From: Erysipelotrichaceae bacterium UBA4808
GTDB taxonomy: Bacteria > Bacillota_I > Bacilli_A > Erysipelotrichales > Erysipelotrichaceae
DNA: 64,000 bases
Assembly: GCA_002402585.1 (NCBI GenBank)
Contig: DHGC01000054.1
Location: 10,972 to 74,971 of the forward strand
Reading direction: 5' to 3'
Shown: one piece after another, positions 28,369 to 37,238 of the stretch
Numbering within the stretch: position 1 is the stretch's first letter
How the letters are laid out: the number at the start of each line of letters is the position of its first letter
The notes under the pieces: model-generated
Databases searched by the model: none
The model's input: the letters and a program-made list of their open reading frames with translations, nothing else
Told to the model about the DNA's origin: nothing
Made by a program: the position numbers and the translations under genes

Positions 28369-28953
28369 ATGGTTAACTATCCAAACGGCAAAAAAACTAC
28401 AGTCAAACAAGGTATCAAAGAACCCCATTTTCAACGTGGTGCGAACCTCGAAGATGACTTGAATCAAACCAATCAATACTATCTTGATTTGAATCGAGCC
28501 AACATCCATAAGAAACCGACACCGATCACTGTTGTCAAAGTCGACTACCCTTCCCGCAACAAAGCTTGCATCCGTGAAGCTTATTATAAGATTCCCAGTA
28601 CAACGGATTACAATGGTGTTTATCGTGGGATCGCGATTGACTTCGAAGCCAAGGAAACCAAGTCTTTAACCGCCTTCCCACTCAAGAATATTCATCCCCA
28701 TCAATTGCAGCACATGCGAAATGTTGAGCATCATGGGGGCTTGAGTTTCTTGATTCTTCGTTTCGTCACTTACGATGAAACTTATCTCTTATATTTAAAG
28801 GATTTCGATCGATTCCTAAACGATCATGATCGAAAATCCATTCCTTATGCATGGCTCAAAGACAACGCATATCCTATCCCCTTTTCTTTGACACCCCCTG
28901 TCAATTATCTCAATGTGATTGATACCACCTTCTTTAAAGGAGCTTCTAAATGA
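28369..28953 (+). CDS. recU: Holliday junction resolvase RecU
   Basis: The N-terminus MVNYPNGKKT..., RGANLEDDLNQTNQYY and DFEAKET match RecU. The start is the ATG at 28369, with TATAAT at 28348-28353. Its stop overlaps the ponA start (ATGA). Confidence 0.9.
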   Translation: MVNYPNGKKTTVKQGIKEPHFQRGANLEDDLNQTNQYYLDLNRANIHKKPTPITVVKVDYPSRNKACIREAYYKIPSTTDYNGVYRGIAIDFEAKETKSLTAFPLKNIHPHQLQHMRNVEHHGGLSFLILRFVTYDETYLLYLKDFDRFLNDHDRKSIPYAWLKDNAYPIPFSLTPPVNYLNVIDTTFFKGASK

Positions 28954-31949
28954 GAAAACTCAAACTCTTCAAACCGTTGAACAAGAATAAAACGGAGAAA
29001 ACATCTAAAAAAACACCACTTAAAGATAAACTAGCGATCCTAGTGTCCGCTTTTTTAGTTCTTGCCATCCTTGGCTCTACAAGTGGCATCATTTATATCG
29101 CCACAGTCTTAAAAGGTGCTCCAACGCTCAATAGCTCTGATTTCGTTACATCGGATAGCTCCAAGGTCTTTGATGCGGATGGCAACCAAATCGCGGATAT
29201 CGGCTTTCAGATCCGCGAAAACATTAGCTATGATGAACTTCCACAAGTTGTCATCGATGCATTCGTAGCTGTCGAAGACTCACGTTTCTTTGAGCATAAT
29301 GGGTTTGATATTCCACGTTTTACCAAAGCCATGTTTGAAAACATACGAACATTGAGTTTTGGACAAGGTGGTTCTACCTTTACGATGCAGTTGGTCAAAG
29401 GAACTTATTTTGAAACCGAAGAAGCAACAGCCGTTCGCTCTGGTTTGGCGGGCGTCAATCGTAAGATTCGTGAAATCTATGTCGCGATTCAAGCCGAGAA
29501 AGTCATCAGTAAAAAGCGCATCTTAGAGCTCTATTTGAATCGCATCAACTATGGTGTTCCTGGAAACAAGCGTGGCATCCAGACTGCTTCACAGTTCTAC
29601 TTTGGCAAAAGTATTGAAGACGTCAACTTATTGGAAGCAGCCATGCTTGCCGGTATCATCAATGCCCCTAATTTATACAATCCGCTCTATAACTTAGAAA
29701 ACGCTGAAAAGCGTACAAATATTGTTTTAAATTTAATGGAATATCATGGCTACATCACGCCAAGTGAATACAAACTTGCATCCGAAACACCATTAGAGAA
29801 TCTTTTGGTTGGGAACACGAAGAACAGCGCCAATGCTTACCCGTATCAAGCCTATGTCGATGCGGCCGTAGCAGAAGTCAAGACCCTGACTGGTTTGGAT
29901 CCAGTTGATGTGCCAATGCGTATCTATACAACAATGGATCGCGACCTACAAGAAACGATTGAATCTATCCAAAATGGTGAAAACAAGAGTTTCGAATGGC
30001 CGAACGAGGTTATCCAAACCGCAATTGTTACGATGAACAATAAAACGGGTGAAATCATTGGTATCGGTGGTGGTCGTTTCTACAACGGTGAACGCTTGTT
30101 GAATCGTGCCATCGACATGCGACGTCAACCAGGTTCCTCAGTTAAGACATTCCTCACCTACCCATTGGCCTTTGAACATCTCGGATGGTCGACGCAGCAC
30201 ATGTTGGAAGACAAACCGATCCAATATGTCGGAACAGACATCATCGTTAAGAACTTTGATAATGTTTACAGAGGGGATGTTTTGGTACCTGAAGCGGTCG
30301 CAAGCTCTTTGAACATCCCTGCCATCCAAACGCTTCAAAGTGTCGTGAATACGATTGGGGCGAAGAAAGTCGTCAGCTACTTGAATAGTATTGGTTTCAC
30401 ACAAGTCACAAGCGGTAGTTTCGATATTGGGTATGCGATTGGTGGGTCAAGCTTTGAAGTATCCCCACTTCAGCTTGCCGGAGCACAAGCCAGTATCGTG
30501 AGTGGTGGATCTTACATTCAACCACATACAGTCACACGTATCGAGTTCTTGGATGGTAAAGAACCAATCACACCCAGCTATACCTCTACGACGAGCCTTT
30601 CAGCTGAGGCAGCTTATATGACTACAAATTTGATGGAATACAATGTCAATGGCCCATATTTTAATTTTATGCAGATTCTAAAGCGAAACTTCCCTGTTTA
30701 CGCTAAGACGGGTACTTCAGATTGGGGTAATACCGGTGTTGAGTTTGGCATCCCTGCAGGGGCTGCCAAGGACAAATGGATGCTGAGTTCCACAAGTGAA
30801 TTCACTACAGCAGTTTGGGTTGGTTATGACAAAGCCGTAAAGGATCAGATTTCATACATGAACCAGGCTCAAATAAACATGAACCTTCCAGGTAAAATAA
30901 GTAATCAAGTATTGAATTCGCTCTATCAAGAACGTCCAAATCCGAGTGCGGTTCAACGTCCAAGAGATGTCATCGATGTCACGCATGTTGTTGGTGTCTA
31001 TCCTTATGTCGCGCCAAATGCAAATACAAATCCAAATTTGGTCGTCACTGGCTTAATCAAATCCGAATATGCAAATCTAGCAAGCCTTCCTACCCCAAGC
31101 GTTTATGCACCTTCATCGTTCAATGGTACAGCTACAAGTTTGGGTAACAATCGTACGTTTACATTTAAATTAAATGATTATCCCGATGCGAATGCGATGG
31201 TCTTAGCGCCGGATACAAAGGAACTCTATCTTGAAGTCAATGGTAAAGTGGTTCAAGCAACTGGACGACGACTCTTTGATTATTCTTGGTTGTATGGACC
31301 CATCGTATACAAAGTTCGCGTAAGTATTGATGGCAATGTGGTCGATGTCTTGAAATCATCAACTAGCACATTAAGCACAACCATCGCAGTAGGCCCAAAT
31401 TCGGTCGTTAATGCCTGTGGGTATTATGGGTATGATTATGTCGAAATCAACAGCTCCGAGCTCTGTACAAGCTATAGCATGAAAGATATGTTCATCAATA
31501 TCCCAGAACTCATCGGCCAACCGATCAGTATACTCAATCAATGGATTTCAGACAATCAATTGAGTGCATCGAAATTCCCAATCACCGAAATCGAACCACG
31601 TAATGCGGATGAAATCGCACTCATTGGTAAGATTGCAGAACTTAATCCAAATCTTCAAAACACAGCCTATGAGACCAGTAAGAAAGATCAACTCACCTTT
31701 ACGGTCACGGTAATCAAAGACAAAGATATCGATCTTGGTGATATTTTGAACAAAACCACAGATACGCTACCTGCTTATTGTGCTACATACAATTTATGTA
31801 CAAACATTGGTACGAATACAGCAGGTACTATTACCAAAGTGATAATTGGAAATGATGAATATACCGATCCTTCCAAGACACTTAAATTAAGTGTAATTAA
31901 GAATGCTGGTGGTATCAAATATACATTTGAAAGTGCCTCGACTCCTTAA
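28950..31949 (+). CDS. ponA: class A penicillin-binding protein PBP1A (glycosyltransferase + transpeptidase) with a ~330-aa C-terminal extension
   Basis: It has an N-terminal TM helix, GT51 motifs (EDSRFFEHNGFD, GGSTFTMQL), the transpeptidase SxxK motif (GSSVKTF) and KTGTS. The gene forms the conserved recU-ponA pair. It is 999 aa. Confidence 0.9.
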   Translation: MRKLKLFKPLNKNKTEKTSKKTPLKDKLAILVSAFLVLAILGSTSGIIYIATVLKGAPTLNSSDFVTSDSSKVFDADGNQIADIGFQIRENISYDELPQVVIDAFVAVEDSRFFEHNGFDIPRFTKAMFENIRTLSFGQGGSTFTMQLVKGTYFETEEATAVRSGLAGVNRKIREIYVAIQAEKVISKKRILELYLNRINYGVPGNKRGIQTASQFYFGKSIEDVNLLEAAMLAGIINAPNLYNPLYNLENAEKRTNIVLNLMEYHGYITPSEYKLASETPLENLLVGNTKNSANAYPYQAYVDAAVAEVKTLTGLDPVDVPMRIYTTMDRDLQETIESIQNGENKSFEWPNEVIQTAIVTMNNKTGEIIGIGGGRFYNGERLLNRAIDMRRQPGSSVKTFLTYPLAFEHLGWSTQHMLEDKPIQYVGTDIIVKNFDNVYRGDVLVPEAVASSLNIPAIQTLQSVVNTIGAKKVVSYLNSIGFTQVTSGSFDIGYAIGGSSFEVSPLQLAGAQASIVSGGSYIQPHTVTRIEFLDGKEPITPSYTSTTSLSAEAAYMTTNLMEYNVNGPYFNFMQILKRNFPVYAKTGTSDWGNTGVEFGIPAGAAKDKWMLSSTSEFTTAVWVGYDKAVKDQISYMNQAQINMNLPGKISNQVLNSLYQERPNPSAVQRPRDVIDVTHVVGVYPYVAPNANTNPNLVVTGLIKSEYANLASLPTPSVYAPSSFNGTATSLGNNRTFTFKLNDYPDANAMVLAPDTKELYLEVNGKVVQATGRRLFDYSWLYGPIVYKVRVSIDGNVVDVLKSSTSTLSTTIAVGPNSVVNACGYYGYDYVEINSSELCTSYSMKDMFINIPELIGQPISILNQWISDNQLSASKFPITEIEPRNADEIALIGKIAELNPNLQNTAYETSKKDQLTFTVTVIKDKDIDLGDILNKTTDTLPAYCATYNLCTNIGTNTAGTITKVIIGNDEYTDPSKTLKLSVIKNAGGIKYTFESASTP

Positions 31950-31966
31950 TAATACAGATATTAATA

Positions 31967-32003
31967 AAACAACTCAGTCTAATCAGATTGAGTTGTTTTT
32001 TGT
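31967..32003. terminator. bidirectional intrinsic terminator between ponA and nth
   Basis: A 14-bp stem AAACAACTCAGTCT / AGATTGAGTTGTTT (one G-U) has T-runs on both strands. The stem overlaps the last codons of nth. Confidence 0.6.
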
Positions 32004-32626
32004 TGTTTATAGTAGTTACAAACCGATTGCAATGAACACTCTTTGCATTTTGGTTGTCGTGCCAAACAATGGTATCGACCAAAGAAGAGCATTGCATGAT
32101 GTGCATCGATCCATTCTTGTTTAGGAATCTTACGTTTGAGTTGAAGTTCTGTTTGTAAGACATTTGCTTTTTGCGTAACCAAAGCTAAGCGATGTGCAAC
32201 ACGAAACACATGTGTATCCACCGCTAATGCAGGTTGTTGGAAAGCGACACCCATGATGACATTTGCCGTCTTACGACCTACACCTGCAAGCGCCGTCAGT
32301 TCGTGTTCATTGCTTGGTAATATACCATCATGATCCTCGACAAGCTGTTTCGCGAATTGTTTGATGTGTTTGGCTTTATTGCGATATAGACCAATGGTTT
32401 TAATCGTTTCTTCGACTTGTTCAAGTTGCGCTTCTGCTAATGCATGCATCGTAGGAAACGTTTGAAACAAGTTCGGTGTGACTTTATTGACCGAGATATC
32501 TGTGGTTTGTGCACTCAAGATGACCGCAATCGCCAATTGCTCATTGGTCTTGAAGTCCAGCTCGCAACACGCATCGGGATACATCGCATACATCGTATCC
32601 AAAGCTAGACGCAGTTTACTTTGCAT
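31979..32626 (-). CDS. nth: endonuclease III
   Basis: It has the HhH-GPD motif (LTALAGVGRKTANVIMG) and the C-terminal 4Fe-4S cluster CLARQPKCKECSLQSVC. The start is either the ATG at 32626 (MQSK...) or the ATG at 32641; both overlap the dnaD 3' end. Confidence 0.85.
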   Translation of the reverse strand: MQSKLRLALDTMYAMYPDACCELDFKTNEQLAIAVILSAQTTDISVNKVTPNLFQTFPTMHALAEAQLEQVEETIKTIGLYRNKAKHIKQFAKQLVEDHDGILPSNEHELTALAGVGRKTANVIMGVAFQQPALAVDTHVFRVAHRLALVTQKANVLQTELQLKRKIPKQEWIDAHHAMLFFGRYHCLARQPKCKECSLQSVCNYYKQQKTTQSD

Positions 32627-33164
32627 TCCGCTTACCAGCATTCAGGTCTTCTAAGCTGAGCCCATCTTTCAACCACTGATTTAGGATTCGATCAATATAA
32701 GGAAATTTCAACTGACGATAGATGACTGCTTCACGCAACGCATGAACAACATAATCATAACCACACTTTATCAGCCAATAATCTAATTTTTCAGTCTCAT
32801 TACCAGTGAGAGGGCGCATGAATTCATCCGCAAACATATCAACCAATGACTTAAGTTCCGTTGATTCCGCTTTATCTTCAAATTGATATACACCATCCAA
32901 ACGATAATGGACACCTGTTTCACTGATATCCAAGCTTACGAAGCCGCGCTGAATCAAGCCCGTTAAATATTGATCGATTTGTGATGTGCTCACCTGCATC
33001 ATCGTTGCGAGTAGATTCAAATCAATCGCTTTTTGACTAGCGTTGTAATGTTCGATATAAAGAAGAATAACCAACTCAAAAGGGTTCAACTTAAGTCGAT
33101 TATTTTCTTCTAATAGGAATGTCTTACGATCAAAATATCGCTTTTCCCAAACATGCTCAAACAT
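32616..33164 (-). CDS. dnaD: DnaD-domain replication initiation/primosome protein
   Basis: It has an N-terminal winged helix and a C-terminal DnaD repeat (DMFADEFMRPLTGNETEKLDYWL...YIDRILNQWLKDGL). The dnaD-nth adjacency matches Bacillus. Confidence 0.8.
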   Translation of the reverse strand: MFEHVWEKRYFDRKTFLLEENNRLKLNPFELVILLYIEHYNASQKAIDLNLLATMMQVSTSQIDQYLTGLIQRGFVSLDISETGVHYRLDGVYQFEDKAESTELKSLVDMFADEFMRPLTGNETEKLDYWLIKCGYDYVVHALREAVIYRQLKFPYIDRILNQWLKDGLSLEDLNAGKRNAK

Positions 33165-33627
33165 AACTTAATCTCACTTTCTTAACCAGTTCCAAGTCAT
33201 TGTAATCATAGAGATATTCCATCGTTTGTGACTGAATGCGATAAAGTACTTTACCTTCTTCATAAATAAGTGTCATCTTAGCCTCTTCAAGATTCAGTTT
33301 ACGCATCAAACTCTCATAATCCAGACTGATTTTTGTTGGATCTACGATTAATCTATGATGAGTAATCCCGTTGTGATCAAAAAAGATGAAAGTATCCACT
33401 TCTTTGATGCGACAATTCGTAACATACATCACACGCGAATATTGATAACGTTGAATCGATTGACATCGCTCGATCGAATAGCGTTCAAACAACTTCTCCA
33501 TGATTTTTGCTTGAGAATTTGACAATTGATTTGCTGGACTCAGAACGAAAACAACGAAATTAAAGCTAAAAATCGCAATGATTACTAGAAATAGATAAAC
33601 CGTTAAACTTCGTTTGTATTCGTTCAT
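33157..33627 (-). CDS. membrane-anchored hypothetical protein (YpmB/PepSY-like guess)
   Basis: It has one N-terminal TM helix and overlaps the dnaD start by 8 nt. The family assignment rests only on position and size. Confidence 0.4.
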   Translation of the reverse strand: MNEYKRSLTVYLFLVIIAIFSFNFVVFVLSPANQLSNSQAKIMEKLFERYSIERCQSIQRYQYSRVMYVTNCRIKEVDTFIFFDHNGITHHRLIVDPTKISLDYESLMRKLNLEEAKMTLIYEEGKVLYRIQSQTMEYLYDYNDLELVKKVRLSYV

Positions 33628-33676
33628 GACTCTAATTATAACAAAGCCTTTCAAGGTTTGCTAAAAAAACCGTCCC

Positions 33677-34204
33677 ATGCTAAAATTTGTAACGAAAACC
33701 ATGACAAAACTTATACGTCTCATTATCTTAATACTAGTTTTAATTACTTTGGTTGGAGTTATTCTCTTCAACTATTTTAAGCCGAATGAACAAGTATTGG
33801 AGCCTTATGATAGCTTGAATGTCGTTAAAATCAACTACATCGATTTATTGAACCAAGTCGACGAAAAACCGAAAGCATTTTTCTTTTGTGCCTTGGATAA
33901 TCAAAACTGCACATATACAGAAAATGAAATCATTGAACCCTTATTGAAAAGTGCTAGCACGAATCGTTTCGATCAGATTTACTTTGTCGACGTGAAAGAG
34001 CTCAATCAAAACGTTCTCCCTTCAGCCATCAAAGAACGCTTGGGGTTCTCGCACTTCCCTGCTTTTGTCCTCTTGAGCAAAGTGGATGGTAAACTTAACA
34101 TTATTTCGGTATTGGAATGGAACGATGCAATGAACTTCACGCAATATGACCTAAAGAATTGGATGATTCAAAATCAATTATGGTTGGACGAATACACAAA
34201 CTAA
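33677..34204 (+). CDS. membrane-anchored thioredoxin-fold-like protein with non-canonical C-x6-C in place of CxxC
   Basis: It has an N-terminal TM helix. The segment KAFFFCALDNQNCTY ... IYFVDVKEL ... FPAFVLL resembles a thioredoxin-fold layout. No clear SD is present, and an alternative ATG lies at 33701. Confidence 0.35.
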   Translation: MLKFVTKTMTKLIRLIILILVLITLVGVILFNYFKPNEQVLEPYDSLNVVKINYIDLLNQVDEKPKAFFFCALDNQNCTYTENEIIEPLLKSASTNRFDQIYFVDVKELNQNVLPSAIKERLGFSHFPAFVLLSKVDGKLNIISVLEWNDAMNFTQYDLKNWMIQNQLWLDEYTN

Positions 34205-34233
34205 TGGACAGTTCAATTGAACTGTCCATTTTA
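34204..34233. terminator. bidirectional intrinsic terminator between convergent genes
   Basis: A perfect palindrome ATGGACAGTTC-aat-TGAACTGTCCAT is followed by TTTTA. Confidence 0.7.
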
Positions 34234-34923
34234 TTATTGATTAAGTAATTTGACGAATGCTTCAGTAAAGCCAGCACTTCGCTCACTTGCTTGAAGAAGA
34301 TATTCATCAAAGGTCAAGTCATTCTTAGGATTATGCGCGATATCCGATAACGATCGAATCACAATGAATGGACAATTGAAGCTTGAACAAACATGTGCAA
34401 TGGCAGCTCCTTCCATTTCAGCCGCAATCGCTTCAGGAAAGTACTTTTCAATGGTCGCAAGCTGTTCATATGAATGGATGAATTGATTGCCTGAAACTAA
34501 GGGACCGATCCATACCGGATGATCCAGTTCAAGTTGTTTGAAGACATCCATCATATGCTTGTCCCCTTTGAAGACAAAACGATTGCGATTGCTAAAATTC
34601 CGCTCATTCCCAAAAGGTGTGATATCAAAGTCATGATATGTGATTTTATCACTGACAACGATGTCCAACACATTTTGCTCAGGCTTCAAGCCTCCAGCTG
34701 TACCAATGTTGATGACGGCGTCGATTGCATAGTGACTGAGGCAGATGCTTGTGCTCATGGCCGCCATGCTTAAACCAATTCCACTTTTAAACAAGACAAC
34801 TTCATTGTCACTCAGTCTTCCAAACATAAAATCTACAGGTCCGATTGATTTTAATTCTACGTCTTGCATGCGATGACGAAGTGCACTAACCTCTTCATCC
34901 ATTGCGCCAATGATCGCGTACAT
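34234..34923 (-). CDS. mtnN: 5'-methylthioadenosine/S-adenosylhomocysteine nucleosidase
   Basis: It has MYAIIGAMDEEV and AAEMEGAAIAHVC, the PNP/UDP-1 family MtnN signature. Confidence 0.9.
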   Translation of the reverse strand: MYAIIGAMDEEVSALRHRMQDVELKSIGPVDFMFGRLSDNEVVLFKSGIGLSMAAMSTSICLSHYAIDAVINIGTAGGLKPEQNVLDIVVSDKITYHDFDITPFGNERNFSNRNRFVFKGDKHMMDVFKQLELDHPVWIGPLVSGNQFIHSYEQLATIEKYFPEAIAAEMEGAAIAHVCSSFNCPFIVIRSLSDIAHNPKNDLTFDEYLLQASERSAGFTEAFVKLLNQ

Positions 34924-34925
34924 GG

Positions 34926-35612
34926 TTAACCCTTTCTTGCTTTAATATAATATTTCTCATTTGTGTTTGCATCACCTAGACTCAATTTAACATCCACAAT
35001 GAAATTCAACTCTTCAAGTATTCTCATAATGTCTAGAAGTGAGAAAATCGTCTGTGTAAAAACCTGTTTTTTTAGGATGTCTTCATAAAAGATGAGTTGG
35101 TGTTGAATCTTATTGGTTTCGATTGTTTGGATCGTCCATTGATACGGAACACCCAATACAAAGTCTTCTTCAATGAACTCATCTTGAAACTCTTCGATTC
35201 TTTGCTCTTGATGCACATCAAACAACAAACACCCTTTTGGTTTTAAATGTTTATAGGCTTCCTTGAAGAATGATTCAAGTAGTTGCAAGTTATCTAGATA
35301 ATTAAGGCTATCAAGAAAGACCACAAGCGCATCATATTCACCAAAAACATTCAAATCAAGCATATCTTGACACACATAGTGCACATTCTGGTGCAAGTTG
35401 TTTTGCTTAGCGTAGTCGATCATAATTGGATCAAGATCCAAAGCATCCACTTGGAACCCATTTTCTGCACAATACTTACTAAAATAACCTGTTCCACAAG
35501 CACATTCAAGTAAACTTTTTCCTCTTGCCTCAGTCTTAAGCCAGCTTAAGTAAGCTTCATACCCTTCATGACTAAAGGTCAAAGCGTGATAATAATCCGC
35601 AAACGAAGTCAT
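34926..35612 (-). CDS. class I SAM-dependent methyltransferase (YqeM-like)
   Basis: It has SAM motif I LECACGTGYFS and sits after rsfS as in the Bacillus yqeG-yqeM operon. The ATG at 35612 overlaps the rsfS TGA. Confidence 0.8.
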   Translation of the reverse strand: MTSFADYYHALTFSHEGYEAYLSWLKTEARGKSLLECACGTGYFSKYCAENGFQVDALDLDPIMIDYAKQNNLHQNVHYVCQDMLDLNVFGEYDALVVFLDSLNYLDNLQLLESFFKEAYKHLKPKGCLLFDVHQEQRIEEFQDEFIEEDFVLGVPYQWTIQTIETNKIQHQLIFYEDILKKQVFTQTIFSLLDIMRILEELNFIVDVKLSLGDANTNEKYYIKARKG

Positions 35613-35935
35613 ATTTCGATGATCTTGTCCAACCATAAGTCTTCCAAGCGATAGAATTGACGGGATTGACTTAAGAACAAATGCATGACCAAAGTATCGA
35701 AATCAATGAGGATCCATTCACTCTCATTCTGCCCTTCCACATGATGAACCTTATACCCAAGTGACTCACCAAACTCAATGCAATAATCCTTTAGGGCATT
35801 TAGCAAACGAGGATTGTTTACTTCCGCAATAATGGCATAATCTTGAATTGACGATGTCGAACGTAAATCGAGAACCGTTATCTTCTCCGCCTTTTTATCT
35901 TCTAAAAATTCCACAAAAGCTTTTAGTGCATTCAA
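35609..35935 (-). CDS. rsfS: ribosomal silencing factor RsfS
   Basis: The sequence is RsfS-like (KKAEKITVLDLRSTSSIQDYAIIAEVNNPR...WILIDFDTLVMHLF). It starts with a TTG that overlaps the upstream TGA (TTGA). Confidence 0.85.
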   Translation of the reverse strand: MNALKAFVEFLEDKKAEKITVLDLRSTSSIQDYAIIAEVNNPRLLNALKDYCIEFGESLGYKVHHVEGQNESEWILIDFDTLVMHLFLSQSRQFYRLEDLWLDKIIEI

Positions 35936-36954
35936 ATGTGTTTCTCCTTATCTAGATATTCCATTTGTGTTTTTCTTACAACTTGATAGGCTTGATGCAA
36001 ATCACGCAAAGCTAAATCAATGCATTTGCTTGCGTCAAATCCCCTGGTCTCATCACATTTATCTGCGATATAGATTACTTTAGATAATGGGTCTGAGTGT
36101 CCTTCCACGTGGTGTGCAATGGCTTTTATAACGCTCAGATCACGAATCTGCAAGATACGTGATGCATAGGCAGCCCCAACTTTTTGGTGCCAAATCGCAG
36201 GTGCTTTTTCCAAATAACTTGGATAACTAAACTTAAGCCATTGTTTCAACTTTTCTTTCGGCCATTCTTTCGCGATGTCATGTAACATCGCCGCCAAATA
36301 GACCTGTCTACGATCCAATTGATGCGCATCTGCCAAGCGCAACGCCAATTCAGTCATTGCTTGAACATGTGCAAAACGTGCTTCACTTAATGATCGTTTT
36401 ACGATTGAATCAACATATAAGGCATTTTCCATAAAATAGCGAACAACCTTAGCTTCTGTATAATGAATCTCACCCTGTCGTATCGCTTCGCTTGCGTTGG
36501 GAAAGAGATCCGACGCTTCGATTTTGATAAAAGGTCGTATGATCGAATGTTCTTCATCACGCGGATAAACCGCGAATTGGATGAGTTCGATCAACTCATT
36601 GTATTTGTACCATTGATTGAATTTCATCATCTGATCCGATCCCATCAACCAAATGAATTGGTGTTCAGGAAAGCGTTCAATCAATTGTTTTACGGTATCG
36701 TAGGTATAACTCAAGCCTTCGCGCTCCGCTTCAATACGGGATAATTTCAATTTTCGGAATGGTTTGATCATCAATTCAATCATTTGACAACGATGTTCAA
36801 ATGAAGCCATTTCCACATCCTTCAGTGGTGAAAGCAAGGTAGGTAAAAACCACAGTTCCTTGGCTTGAAGTTGTTTAAGCGATGCTTTCGCAATCGCTAA
36901 ATGACCTTTGTGAATGGGATTGAAACTCCCCCCGAAAAGAACGATGCGACTCAT
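35932..36954 (-). CDS. nadD: fusion protein: nicotinate-nucleotide adenylyltransferase NadD (N-terminal) + YqeK-type HD-domain hydrolase (C-terminal)
   Basis: The N-terminus has GGSFNPIHKGH (the (H/T)xGH motif) and an ASEAIRQG (ISSTxIR-like) block near aa 160. The C-terminal half has HVQAMTELA...MLHDIAKE...HHVEG...IADKCDETRG (HD domain). It is a single 340-aa ORF. Confidence 0.8.
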   Translation of the reverse strand: MSRIVLFGGSFNPIHKGHLAIAKASLKQLQAKELWFLPTLLSPLKDVEMASFEHRCQMIELMIKPFRKLKLSRIEAEREGLSYTYDTVKQLIERFPEHQFIWLMGSDQMMKFNQWYKYNELIELIQFAVYPRDEEHSIIRPFIKIEASDLFPNASEAIRQGEIHYTEAKVVRYFMENALYVDSIVKRSLSEARFAHVQAMTELALRLADAHQLDRRQVYLAAMLHDIAKEWPKEKLKQWLKFSYPSYLEKAPAIWHQKVGAAYASRILQIRDLSVIKAIAHHVEGHSDPLSKVIYIADKCDETRGFDASKCIDLALRDLHQAYQVVRKTQMEYLDKEKHI

Positions 36955-37238
36955 GTCAGGTGAATCTTACGCTTCTCGCTTTGTTTGTACAACAGGATGC
37001 TTCGACCCACCACTTGAATCAATTCACTGTGTGTTGATGAAGCCAGATCCAATGCCAATTCCATGACTGGATTCGGAGCAGTTTTAAGCACAGAGATTTT
37101 CACCAATTCATGTGCCTTAAGTGAGTCTTCCAAACTGCTGATCAGATTCAAACTCAAACCTTCCTTACCCACATTGAAAAGGGGTTTCAACGGATTGCCC
37201 AAGCTTCTCAATTGCTTCTTTTGCTTACTGTTTAACAT
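36951..37238 (-). CDS. yhbY: CRM-domain RNA-binding protein YhbY/YqeI
   Basis: It has LNSKQKKQLRSLGNPLKPLFNVGKEGLS and is 95 aa, with an ATGA overlap to nadD. Confidence 0.85.
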   Translation of the reverse strand: MLNSKQKKQLRSLGNPLKPLFNVGKEGLSLNLISSLEDSLKAHELVKISVLKTAPNPVMELALDLASSTHSELIQVVGRSILLYKQSEKRKIHLT

